Below, in pieces: positions 27,777-40,200 of a stretch of DNA of 64,000 nucleotides. The notes below the pieces were generated by a model that was not told where the DNA came from, made no database searches, and was given only the letters and a program-made list of their open reading frames with translations. Source of the stretch: Geosiphon pyriformis uo1 (taxonomy: Eukaryota; Fungi; Glomeromycota); the NCBI GenBank assembly GCA_016748015.1, contig JAAOMT010000352.1, positions 496,001 to 560,000 on the forward strand, given 5' to 3'. The position numbers and the translations under genes were made by a program. Position 1 is the first letter of the stretch. Every line of letters starts with the position of its first letter.

Positions 27777-29029
27777 ATACATATTCAATTTACTTTCTTA
27801 TTATAATTTTTTTTGATTATTTTTATTACCCTATAATTCTGTTCTTTTTTGTTATCTATTAACTTATTATTCTACTTTATAACAATATATTTTATGTTTC
27901 ATATTAGTGTTCTTAAAATTTGATATTAGATATTAAATATATTTTTCAGTTATAATTTATTTAATAATCTTTAAATACTATAATTATACAGATTAGAAAA
28001 AAAGTAAATAAATACCAATAAGTAATCTTTTATTTTAAAATATTTAAATACTTAAAAGAAAAAAAAAATAAGTAATATAAAAAAGATTAAAATAATAGTT
28101 GTTATTTTATTTTTTTTGATTATATTTTTTTACAATTAAGACTTTTATTACTTATATAGTTATTAAAAGTAGTCAATAATCAGATTAGCAACTAGATTAA
28201 TAATTAAGTTATTAATTAGATTAATAATTATTATCTAAAAATAATATGCTAATATATATAATAACTAATAAAAACTATGAATTTTATTCATAATAATAAG
28301 ATATTTAAAGCTATAAACCAATAATTAACCATAGTATTATAAGTTAGAATAATAAGCTAATAGATAATAAGAAAAAACAGAATTGTAAAATAATAAAATT
28401 AATTAAAGAGAATTTAATTTCAATGAATAAATTAAATTAGTATAGATTTAATATACAAAATTAATTTTATAAATTATCTTAATTGTTAATCTTTTCAAAA
28501 AATAATTAGAAAATTTAAAGATAGAAAAATAGTCCATATTGTTAATAAATGATAATATATTGGTATAATTTTATCCTTCATATTAACATTCTTAGAATTT
28601 AATATCAGATATCAAATATATTTTTTAGTCATGTTTTATTTAATAATCTTTAAATATTACAATTATACAGATTAAAAAAAGATAAGTAAATGCCAACAAG
28701 TAATTTTTTATCTCAAAATATTTAAATACTTAAAGATAAAAAATAGAAAAAAGAAAACAAATAATAAGAGAAAAATTAAGTTAATAGATATTGTTTTATT
28801 CTTTTAATTTCTTATATATTTTTTTATAGCTAAAAAACTTATTGCTTATATAATTATTTAAAATAGTTAATAATTAGATCAATAATTAGGTTAATAGTTA
28901 AGTTATTGATCAAATCAATAATTGAATTATTAATTAAATCAATAATTAGATCAATAATCAAGTTAATAGTTAAGTTATTAATTAAATTAATAATCACTAT
29001 TTAAAAATAGAGTTGCTAATTATATAACA
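27777..29029. repeat. Cluster of family B LTR fragments (27777-27883 +, ~27884-28295 -, ~28335-29029 -)
   Basis: Homology to LTR-B including 12-mer arrays at ~28170-28230 and ~28865-28995. Confidence 0.7.
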
Positions 29030-29395
29030 ATTTTTTTTTATTTGCATTTACAAATAAGATCCAATCACTATTTAATATAATACAACTGTTTAGAGTTCTA
29101 AATTAGATGTGAATCATGTATTTACTACATATGACCAGTTATCTGGCTGATCAAGACTACACTATGCAATTATATTGACAAAAACACTTTTAATAGTATT
29201 AACATAAAACAAACAACTCATATCTAAGCCAAAACTAATTGAATAATTTTTCTCTATTTTAAGCAATCAAATGACACTGTTTAAGACTCTGGCAGAAAGA
29301 CCATAAATATAATTAAACATAAAATAATTTTCATGCATACTTTTGAAAGAAGGGATATAAGATCATTAATTAATTGTGAGTATTAATTCTAAGCT
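29030..29395 (-). mobile_element. LINE 3' end fragment
   Basis: T-run, then sequence colinear with 56200-56560 (catatgaccag..ggctgatcaa..cacta). Confidence 0.7.
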
Positions 29396-29399
29396 GGAT

Positions 29400-30665
29400 T
29401 TTTTTTTCTGTTTTTAATATTTTTACTATATATATATAATAATAAGTAAAAGATTTTTTATAGTTGATGGTCTCATTGTCTTAGATAATGCTTGTTATTT
29501 TGTTTGCAATGTGTATCAAACTATAAACTAAGCTTTATGAGAAACTGGCTTTGGTGCAAATGTTTTAATTATTAGATTCATAGATTAGGAATGTATTGTC
29601 TCTATTTGGCACCCAGACTTTCACATATTGGTAAAGTTTATTAGCAAGAAATCAGCTGTTCTTTGTACATATCTGATAAGAGCTATCTACAGAAAATTGC
29701 CAGTAGCTGTTCACAAGAGATTATATAACAAAAATTATTTAGACATTTTGTGTTTAATGTGCAGTGATATTGAATTTTCCAACCATGCTTTTACTTGCTC
29801 TATGAATGTTTTGGTGTATTTTAAGATTGTTTTTGATTGTACTGATTTGTAGAAATTCTTGGTAGGCAATTACCTCTCTGCTTTATCTTTAGTATTACAT
29901 ATTTTTTTCAGATCTCAGATGTTAATGTGTATGCTGTGTTATGCAAAGACTTTGTTTTTAAGAATTGAATTAAGAAGGCCATTTTCATTTTTAATAACAA
30001 AAGAAGAACTGTATTGGTTGTGATCAATTTTGTTTGCTGTTTGGCTAATAACCATTGTAGTAGGTTGTGATTATTAAGATCTAGATTTAAGATTGATATG
30101 GAGAAGGGTGGTTTGGTTCATAATACAAATGAGATTTTTGCTTTAGTACATGATCTGCTCAGACAGTTGTTTAAAAGTATTATTTGCTTGCTCAGTATTA
30201 TTGAATTTTTTGTAGTTAGCTTTGGTTTGCAAAGACATTGTGTGTTTTTTTCCAGCTTGGACAATGGTAATAAGGTTTTTGTAAATGTATAGTGCTGTCT
30301 TGATGAGCCCAAATGACTGGTTATGTGTAAAAAGTACATAAGCCACATTTAGTTTAATTTATTTTGTTTTGTTTTTGTATACTAGATAATAGTTAGGCTG
30401 TATTCATTAAAAATAAAATAAAAAATATATATAATTAGTGTTATATAAGATTTTTTGAATTCTTTTAATTTTTTTAGCCAGAAATTCTGAAATTCCTGGA
30501 ATCTTGTAATTCTTTGAAAGAAATTCTAAAATCTATAGAATTCTGTGATTCTTTAAAAGGAATCCTAAAATTTCTGGAATTCTAAAATTTCTCTTTTTAT
30601 TATGCTTAGTTCTAATTGGCTACTTTATTTTCTTATTAAGAATTCCTAAATTTTTATGAATAACA
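29400..30665 (-). repeat. LTR-A fragment interrupted by the LINE
   Basis: LTR-A gaattct repeat region 30450-30590; ends gaataaca. Confidence 0.65.
29441..30424 (+). mobile_element. 5'-truncated LINE inserted in an LTR-A fragment
   Basis: ORF2 C-terminus (KLPVAVHKRLY..CLMCSDIEFSNHAFTC), decayed poly(A) ~30408-30424, atatatataat TSD on both sides. Confidence 0.8.
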
Positions 30666-31838
30666 ACACTTAAAAATAGATTGTAAAACTAAGTTAAATA
30701 ACCAATAATCAGAAAATTAATATCAAAACCTCAATTGCTAGTTTTAAACTCTAAATTACACTCTGAATTAAAAATAATATTAGTATCAGCTTTTTTATAC
30801 TTTAATAACACAACAATCAATATACTTATCTTTAGTTTATCAAACTTCAATATTAATAATATATTAACTGCAGTTATAAATAATTTATAAACCCCAATAA
30901 ATTCAAATGTCACTCCAAAATACTATATTAATATCAAATAAAAGCCAAAGACCAAAAATCATCTACATATAACAGAACTAAAAATTAACAATAATCATAT
31001 ACCAACTAATTTTCAGTTCATCAAACCAATTATCAGAATTATGTCCAAAAAATTTGGAAAGTGAGTATACTCAAAACCTGAATTTTTAAAACTATTTAAG
31101 TTTTCTAGTCACTCCAGCAAACAACTCATTTAATAATTTGAAAATTCAGAAAATATTCACCAACAATATTTTATTTGCTACTATTATGGAAGACAAATTA
31201 CTTATCACAATATTTTCTTTTGAACTGAAAGAACCAGTAACAACACTTCTGTTTAATAGAACTGTCTTTAACACAAAATTTATTACAGTCATATATACAA
31301 ATATCAAAGTTGATGGCCAATCTATTAAGCTAATTCTTGATAATAATTCAGCAGACAGCATCATTACATAACAACTCATAATGCCAAATTGATTATGCTG
31401 TCAGTGCTAAAATCATTACTGCTAATAAAGCCATTAATTCGCAGATCGGTTATGATCAGGTGTGTAACACATAGTAAAATTTTACGCAGATCTACTATTA
31501 GAGGCACCGAACACTGGTTTTTTATGCTATTAGCAGCTACTGCATTGATCAAAGCAATTAGTGATACAAATATGCGGGCCTCTGCAAAAATGGTAAATAA
31601 AGACACGTGCACAAGATAGTAGCGATTCTGCTTTTTTTCGCGGCTTTTGCTATGTAGGAAACCAGCATTTTTGCCTCCATTCATATAGTAAAAATTATTA
31701 GCATTCAACGATTCAAAATTTTCACAGTCAGTAATATGCCTTTTTTTGGAAAAAGTGTGAAAGCTTACAAAGATCTTATAACCATAGCACACTTTATTGG
31801 CTTCATTACACCCACACTCTCTTTTCTGTTGAGCAAAC

Positions 31839-32266
31839 NNNNNNNNNNNNNNNNNNNNNNNNNNNNNNNNNNNNNNNNNNNNNNNNNNNNNNNNNNNNNN
31901 NNNNNNNNNNNNNNNNNNNNNNNNNNNNNNNNNNNNNNNNNNNNNNNNNNNNNNNNNNNNNNNNNNNNNNNNNNNNNNNNNNNNNNNNNNNNNNNNNNNN
32001 NNNNNNNNNNNNNNNNNNNNNNNNNNNNNNNNNNNNNNNNNNNNNNNNNNNNNNNNNNNNNNNNNNNNNNNNNNNNNNNNNNNNNNNNNNNNNNNNNNNN
32101 NNNNNNNNNNNNNNNNNNNNNNNNNNNNNNNNNNNNNNNNNNNNNNNNNNNNNNNNNNNNNNNNNNNNNNNNNNNNNNNNNNNNNNNNNNNNNNNNNNNN
32201 NNNNNNNNNNNNNNNNNNNNNNNNNNNNNNNNNNNNNNNNNNNNNNNNNNNNNNNNNNNNNNNNNN
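31839..32266. other. Assembly gap (428 N)
   Basis: Run of n. Confidence 1.
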
Positions 32267-32967
32267 ATAATTCATTGATTGGAATAAGGATTGTGTATCA
32301 GGATGTTTGATACCAAAAAGGGTTTCTCCATCGTATTTGGTAAGAATTCCTAATTTTTTCCATATGTTGTTGGGTGTTTCGCCTTCAATTGATCTAATAC
32401 ATGTTTCATCTTGATATATATGTAAATAACAAGTAGACTTGTTAATTTCTTGTACAATGAGTCGTTGTTGTCCACTTATCTTTGTCATTATTGTTGAGAT
32501 ATATCCTGTTCCTGCACCATAGTAATTTTTGAAAGATAAACATCCAATTGAATTAATAACAATTGTATGTTTGTCAACTTTCAGAAACAATGGTACAAAT
32601 GAAATGTCTTTTGTTAATTTCTGAACAAGAGCTTTATTATTGAAACCAAGGATTGAAAGACCCGAGTATTCTGTCTTGACACCAAATATACTTTGATACA
32701 AAGTATTGATTGCAGTCGAAGGTGAGTTTTCAATATTACTAGATTCTGAACCATTAGTACAAATAAAGCCAGGTTTCTGACAATTAGTTTGTTTTGTTTG
32801 TTTAGTTTAAAACCAACACGCATATACAGTCGGTAAGGTATAGTAAAAACCTCATTTTCAAATTGTTTCTGAATCCACCAATTCCGAGTAAACAAACCAT
32901 AATGTGTTTCAGAAATAATAAGACCTTTGTCAAGGAGGTTTACAGTGTATTGTTGACTTTGAGCCAT
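32267..32967 (-). pseudogene. N-terminal part of the transposon protein, tandem FYRN/FYRC-like repeats; frameshift near 32790
   Basis: MAQSQQYTVNLLDKGLII..HYGLF..PYRLYMRV; SPSTAINTLYQSIFG..YSGLSILGF; GETPNNIWKKLG..DGETLFGIKHP. Confidence 0.6.
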
Positions 32968-34591
32968 ATTATGACAAATGTTAAGAAAGACAGAACATTT
33001 AAAAACGAAGAAAAAACTATAACCGCTAAATTTGATTATCATTTGTCGATCATTTGAACCAGGTGATATCCGATCTGTGAATTAAGACTTTTATTGGCAA
33101 AATTAACAACTTTCTTTTTGAAATTAACAGTATTATCATATTTATCAAAGTTTTTGTTATGAAAGCCACATAGTATCAAGTTTTTGTTAGTAATAATTGG
33201 CTGTTTAAGACCAATACTATGCTTGATTGGACCATTTAGAAGTTTCAGCTCAGTCAAAATAATCAGCATACTTGAATACCAGCCATTTGTAGTCACTTCA
33301 AAACAAATACTACCATTTAATTACCACTAATCAAGTTTAAAAAAGAAAAAAAAACCTATCTGAGAAGCTTATCAAGTTTTGTGAACTGAAAATGAGCACA
33401 ACAAATTACCACCAATACTTTTTTGAAATAACAAGAGAAAAAAAAAAGAAAAAAATAAATTACAAGCTATTATTGCTATTCAAAAATTATTTAATAGTTG
33501 ATATATACCTTACTTAGTGGACACAAGAAAAAAACCACCATATATTCCACTCAAATACAAAGATTACAAGAAAAAGCTTTCTTCTATAAGAGCTTGAATC
33601 TTACCCAAAAAAAATTACTGGATATGTACCCATTATTACTGCAAGTTATACTACTAAAAACATTTTAAATATTCAAAATAACAAGAAAAGTAGAACAAAA
33701 AATCATGTTTTGCTTGTAAAGAAACACTACTTGATAAAAGAATATAAAATAATATTTTTGATTGAGAAAAAACATACAATGTATTATGTTAATACATAAT
33801 TTTTATTAATAACTGAATAAGCTAAACAATGTTTTTTAATACTGTACGAAACTAAGCACTCTTATATTTGAACAGTTATTTACACAATGAAGACAAAATT
33901 TAAAAAATGGCAAGTGCCAAAATTAAAAATATTTCACTTAGTAAAATACTTACAATCAAGAATAATCCATCAAAATTTGTTAAAACTGTTTTTATTTTCA
34001 ATCCAGATGTATTTATTGATATTTTAAACAATTCTGAACAATTCTATAAACATTACCAAAATCTAGTATTTACTTAAGAAGAAAAAAAACAATATTTAAA
34101 ACAATTAAATATTAGACTTTGTAAACATTGTCTAATTTTTAATAACTTTAAATATTGTAACAATTGTAATCTTATTTATAATTTACTATCAAGCATAATC
34201 TATTTAATTCCCAAAGAGAAAGAACCAATTAGCAGCTGCACTTCAGAATTAAAATCAAAATTCAATTGTAATTTACATTCTAATAATAATAACAATAACA
34301 GTTTTAACACTATTTACTATGACAATAATAATAATAATAATAATTTAAACTTTAATTACAATTCTAAATAATATATTATGCTCTCAGATTTTTTCAAAAA
34401 GCAGAAAATCAAATAGTTTAGCAAAGATAATGAAAGTATTATGTTAGAACAAGTACATAATACTGATGCAAAGTTTAATTTTAAATATCCTAAAAAAACT
34501 GTTATCAAATTAAAATCTTACTTACATATCAGTATAAATTTAGGAGATTTAAAAAATCTCAATAAAGCTTAATATTAAAAAAAGAAAATAA

Positions 34592-35470
34592 TATTACTTA
34601 TAGAAATTAAGAATTATAATAAGTAGATAAAATAGCCAATTAAAAATAGATGTAGTAAAAAGAAATTCCAGAATTTTTCTCAAGAAATTGCGAGATTTCA
34701 AAATTCCAGAATTTCAGAATTTTTCTTAAGGAATTGTAAAATCCCAAAATTGCATAATTGCAGAATTCTTTTTAAAAAAATTAAAAAATTTCAAGAAATT
34801 TCATATAATACAAATTATATATTTATAGTAAAAGTATTAGAAGCAGAAAAAAAGCATTAGATACAATTCAATCCAAGTTAAAAATAATAACTTATTCTAT
34901 ATCTCTTTTTTTAAAAGATAGTTTTCTATAACTTGAAATGAAATTACATTAATATCAATAAAAATATCTAATTATTATCTTAATTTATATTATCATTATT
35001 TGATTAAAAATATTAATTACTTTTTTTACTATTAACAAATTATGTTAATAAATTTTAATACTTAATCATATTAAACTAATAGCTCTTAATTATAGCTATT
35101 GACAGAATACTAATTTTTTATTTTTGTTTATTTTTTTTTGTTTTATTTTTTTGTTGTTTACTAATTGATAAAAGAAATTAAGTACTGAGTATTTAACATT
35201 AAGAATAGCTTGATAAAAAATCTGGAAACAAGAGTAGAAATTTAAAAATAACTTATCAAAAAAATATGACTGTCAAAATAAACTGGTTACCATGCTAAAA
35301 AAAGAAATTCACAAAAGAAATCATTAATTAAATTTCTGTCTATTATACAAAAAACTCAACCAAAATCTTTAAACTCCAAAACTTTTGGAAATTATCAATA
35401 TTTCTAACTATTAAGTACCAAGTTACAGATTTGTTATTTGTTCTAATATTCCAAATAATCACTTATAACA
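34592..35470 (+). repeat. 3' LTR family A with preceding PPT (remnant of a nested A copy)
   Basis: Reverse complement of 2009-2880; ends cacttataaca. Confidence 0.8.
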
Positions 35471-37222
35471 ATGAACAAAAAGAGTATTATTTGCTATAAC
35501 CAGAACAGTTGAAGCAAATAAACTTAGAAAATTTAGATTTATTTTAACATATACAACTCAAAATACTACACAATAATTTTATTGACATCTTTGTAAGTGA
35601 AAATAAATTCAGCAGAATTAACATTATTTAGCACCAGATCAAAACTGGAAATACAATACCAATTAAATAAAGGACATATAGAGTACCACCTACCAGTCAT
35701 AAGATTATCTGATAAAAAATCAATTATATGTTAGACAATAAGTTAATTTAACTATCAATGAGTCCATAGTTATTGCTAATAGTACTTGTTCAAAAAAAGA
35801 ATAAAAAAATTCACTTTTGTGTAGATTATTAAAAACTCAATAGTGTAATATATAGAGACAGCTATTCAACTCCATAAATCCAGAAATTATTTAATGCTTT
35901 TGGAAAAAAGAAATAGTTCTTTATATTAGACTTAAACAATAGTTATTGGTAAGTAGTTATAAATTTAAATAACAAAAAAAAAACAGTATTTACAACCAGA
36001 GAAGAGAATTTTGAATTTGACATTATGTTTTTTAGCTTAATTAATGCTTCAATTATTTTTTAACAGCTTATAAAAATTGTTTATACTGAATTGTTATAGA
36101 AATTTATAGTGGTCTACTTAGATAACACTAATATGTTTTCAAAAACATTTGATAATTATCTCTATTATCTCCAACAAGTATTCAAAAAATTAAGAAAAGC
36201 TGGATTGAAATTGAATACAACCAAATGCTTCTTTGGCAAAATTAAACTCAAGTTTTTGGAATATATTGTAAACAAAAATGGCATAAAAACAGATTCAGAC
36301 GAGATTAAGATAGTCAAAAACTTTTCAGTACCAATAAATCTTATAGAATTAAGAACATTCTTGAGATTTGTTGGATATTATCATTGCTTTATTCAAAACT
36401 TCTCCAAACTGGTTTAATTACTCTACCAGTTTCAAGCCAAGAACATTAAATATAAATAAACTGAAAACCAAAAAAAAGCTTTTAATATTTTGAAAAAAAA
36501 GCTTATTTAAGCTTTAGTATTAATCTATTTAAATTATAATAAGCCATTTATTATTATTACTAATGTATTTGGTTAAACATTGGGAGCCATATTGTTACAA
36601 AAAGAAGCTAATAAATGAAAACATTTAATAGTATATGCCAGTCAAAGTTTGAGTTTAGCCAAAAAGAATTATAAAACTCTAGCATTAAAACACTTAGCTA
36701 TCTATTAAGCTATCATCAAATGGAAAAATACTTGAGTCAGAAGTTTGATATGTATACTAATCACAAAAAATTGATATTAATTCAGAAGCAAAAATTTGAA
36801 GATGATTATCATACAAGATAGAAAATAGAACTATTATTATTTAATTATACTGTATATTATAAAAAAAGAAAAAAAAACAGAAAAGTTAACAGCTTATCAC
36901 AAATAAAATAAATTTAAAAACATTTCAACTCAAAATATAACAAAAAATAAACACACAAAAATATTAACAACTTCAATATTATATCAATATTTAATAGTTT
37001 AATGAAAAATTATTTCAAAAAAAACAAAACAATATTAAACAATCAAAATATTTTATTACTTGCCAAAATATACTATATCAAAAAAACAAAAAAAATCCAA
37101 ACCAATTATTTAAAGTAATTACAAAACCAGAAAAAGAAACAATATTGTTTAATATGTACTCAAATCAAACTGCAGAACATTTTCATATAGAAGCAATCAT
37201 AAAAAAAACCAAAAAAAGATAC

Positions 37223-40200
37223 TGTTATAATTGAAATTCACACTTTTTATTAATTATTACATATATTAACCACTAATATTATATAATTAACCACTCTATT
37301 TTTAGATAATAATCATTGACCTAATTACTAACTTGACTATTGACTTAATTGTTGACCATTTTAAATAGCTATATAAGTGATGAGTTTCTTAGTTATAGAA
37401 AGATATAATCAAAATAATAAAATAAAACTCATTATTAATTACTTTTTTTCATATTATTTATTTTTTTTTCCCTATCTTTAAGTATCTAAACATCTTAGAA
37501 TAAAAGATTACTTGTTAGCATTTATATACCTTATCTTTTTCCCTTCTTAATTTGTATTGTTAGAATTAGTCTAAAAAGCGATTGCTTGTTTTTGTAATTC
37601 ATTGAATAAAAAAATAATTGAAAAACACAATAATATCTGTTATTAATTTTAAGAATTACCAAGTTAAGGCATAGAATAATAGCAGTAATGCTATCTTGTT
37701 GATGATTATGGACTATTCTTTTACCTTTAGATTTTCAAAAAAGATTTATGACTATGATTTTTATAAGACTAATTATGCATATTGAATCCTTATTTATTTA
37801 ATTTGCTCACCTATTGTAATTCTTTCTTTGATTATTTCTATTATCTTACAATTCTGTTTTCTTTTGCTATTCATTAGCTTATTACTCCAATCTATAACAT
37901 AAAAGTAGTGCTCTCTGTAAGGTTGTCAAAATTCACTTTGTTTCCTATTGTATAGATGATTATTCATATCTGTTACAACAATCAGAAAAACATTTTGAAG
38001 CACACAACAAAAACAATCTAGATTTTATTGAACTCAATCTTTTGCTCTTCTGCTTGATTTGCTTTCCCATTAAAAAACAATCTAGTAGACAATTCCAAGA
38101 CTTTTGGAACTAGTTCTTGAATAAACATTTAGCTAAAATCTACATAGTTTATATAATCTATTACTTTAATTAAGCTTATTTTGAAGACAACTTTGAAGAA
38201 AGAAATAACAGTATTAATTAGCTTTTATATTTCATAACTCTTGAACAACAGCCCCCTAATTTTGAATACTTGAATCACCAAATTCACATCTGGATTGCTG
38301 CCTATCAGTTAGCTGAAACCCTTTTTGAAACAAAAAAAAAGTTATTAAACTGCTCCTGTTTTTGATCTTTTTTTAAGTAAATCAAAATATTCTATACAAA
38401 TAGCTACTTCTGAACCAATGGCTAATAACTCCATACAACAAAACATTATGGCCATTTTTTAAGACATACAAACTACTTTAGGGTGAAGAAATAACACTCC
38501 ACTATCTTTATTCAGAAGTGATGTACAAGACCCAATTGAATGGTTAGATGATTTTGAAAGAGCAATTACTGCCAATTAATATAATACTAAATATAAGTTT
38601 CAAATTGTTGGTGGCTACCTCCAAGACTCTTTTGTTACTTGGTTTTTACAAAAAACTGATGCTGATGCTCACCAAAAAAACATTAGATGAACATCAACAA
38701 ATGCTGAAAAAAAACACCTCTTTTACAATTCAATTTGAAACTAAATTTAGAACTCCTATTTTAATTTCAAAATGGCATATGGAATTAAAAAGAAGAATTC
38801 AAGATCCAGATAAAGTTGTAACTGAGTATGCCAAAGCAATTAAAAAATTAATCAAACAAGTAGACTTTAGAAGGAACTAGACAAAAGAGCAAAAGATTTA
38901 TTTCTTTACAAAAGAGTTGAAAACTAATCTTTTATATGTTTTTTGGCCCCTCTTGGCTTCAAAAAATAATCCAACAATAGATATGACTATTGAATTTGCC
39001 AACAAATTAAAGACAACCAAAGGATGCACTTGGAATTCACACTTCCAGTATTTGCTCTTGTCTTTATTATGGCTTTTGTTCTTTAAATGGCTGTTACTTT
39101 TTTTGCTACCCAAACTCAAGACCCAAATAAACAATTGATAAACAGACTTACAGCCAATCTTGCTTGGTTACTAGAACTCTTAACCTAAACAGTCAGAAAT
39201 AACTAGCAACCACAAATATTCAAATTTGAACCCTATTTTAATTAGTCCCAGCAACTTTCTTATCAAAATCAACAAAATTGTGGCCCACTCATGTGTTATC
39301 ATTGTGAATTAACTGGACATTTTTCCAGAGATTGCAACAATTTTCTTCTGTTTTCTTCAGCTCTGAGAAACAATAACAATTAAAACAATAAAACCATCAA
39401 CAATAATGTTCCCAATCAAAGACCCAATTATGCTAACATCAATTTCTTTGGAGAAGATTCTTTAGTTGAAGCCACTATTTATTAGTCTTTAAACTAATAG
39501 GCACACTTTCAAAGGATAAGAGTACAAGCCAACCAGAAAAAAATCTTTTTTATGCTTTTAATTTAACTGATAATAATTATGACATGAATGAACTAGCAAT
39601 CAACACTTCTGAATCAACAAGAAAGAAGAAAAATGCCAAGATTGATTTTCTTCTAAACCCAAATAAAGCATCTACATTAACTGCTAATAACAATAAACCA
39701 CCAAAAACTAAAGTTTTTAAGAATTTTCCAAAGCTAGAACCTTTAAAAATTGTACAAAAATCTGGTTTTTATTCTATTGTCAAAAATTTTATGAAAACCC
39801 CAGTTCACATTATCTTTGGCCAGTTAATGATCCATCCACAATTTAGAAAAGATCTTTGCAAATTCTTAATCCCAAAAAAGAAGACACCAAAAACCAACAA
39901 ATATCTTTGCCAAACTGAACTTGTTAACAACAACAATATTACTCTTTTGATTTACAAAGCCCAAGTGGCTGGCTACTTTATTGATTTGATCTTAGACAGT
40001 GGATTATCTGTCAGTATTATTGCCAAACATTTTTTTAAAGCAATTGACAGAAAGATTAATAAACCATTAACCAAACCTATGATCAATATATATAATAACA
40101 AAAAGAAAAGACTTGATATTGCCAAAGCAGTTTTTGTTCACATCAATAACATCAGTATTAAAACTAATATAAAAGTATCTAAGGCAAAAAAATACACCAT

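Larger units (their letters stand above)
31438..33081 (-). mobile_element. TIR DNA transposon (superfamily uncertain) inserted in the Gypsy protease; interior hidden by an N-gap
   Basis: TIRs TTCGCAGATCGGTTATGATCAGGT / rc TTCACAGATCGGATATCACCTGGT; TTAA (or TA) duplication; host codons GCC ATT AAG ACT rejoin in frame. Confidence 0.85.
30666..37222 (+). mobile_element. Family A Gypsy internal region (gag end, PR, Cys-rich, partial dUTPase, RT, RH, IN start), with nested insertions and an internal deletion
   Basis: PR KLILDNNSADSIIT (31320), Cys-rich 33540-34200, dUTPase motif 1 at ~34455, RT YLDN at 36115, RH ~36540-36850, IN His region ~37150. Confidence 0.8.

Noticed and set aside
31389-31619. 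76-aa ORF as a gene
   Set aside because: Reads from Gypsy protease sequence through the transposon TIR; a junction artefact.
31376-32701. 441-aa and 180-aa ORFs spanning the N-run
   Set aside because: Artefacts of translating through the gap; only 32267-32967 is credible coding sequence.
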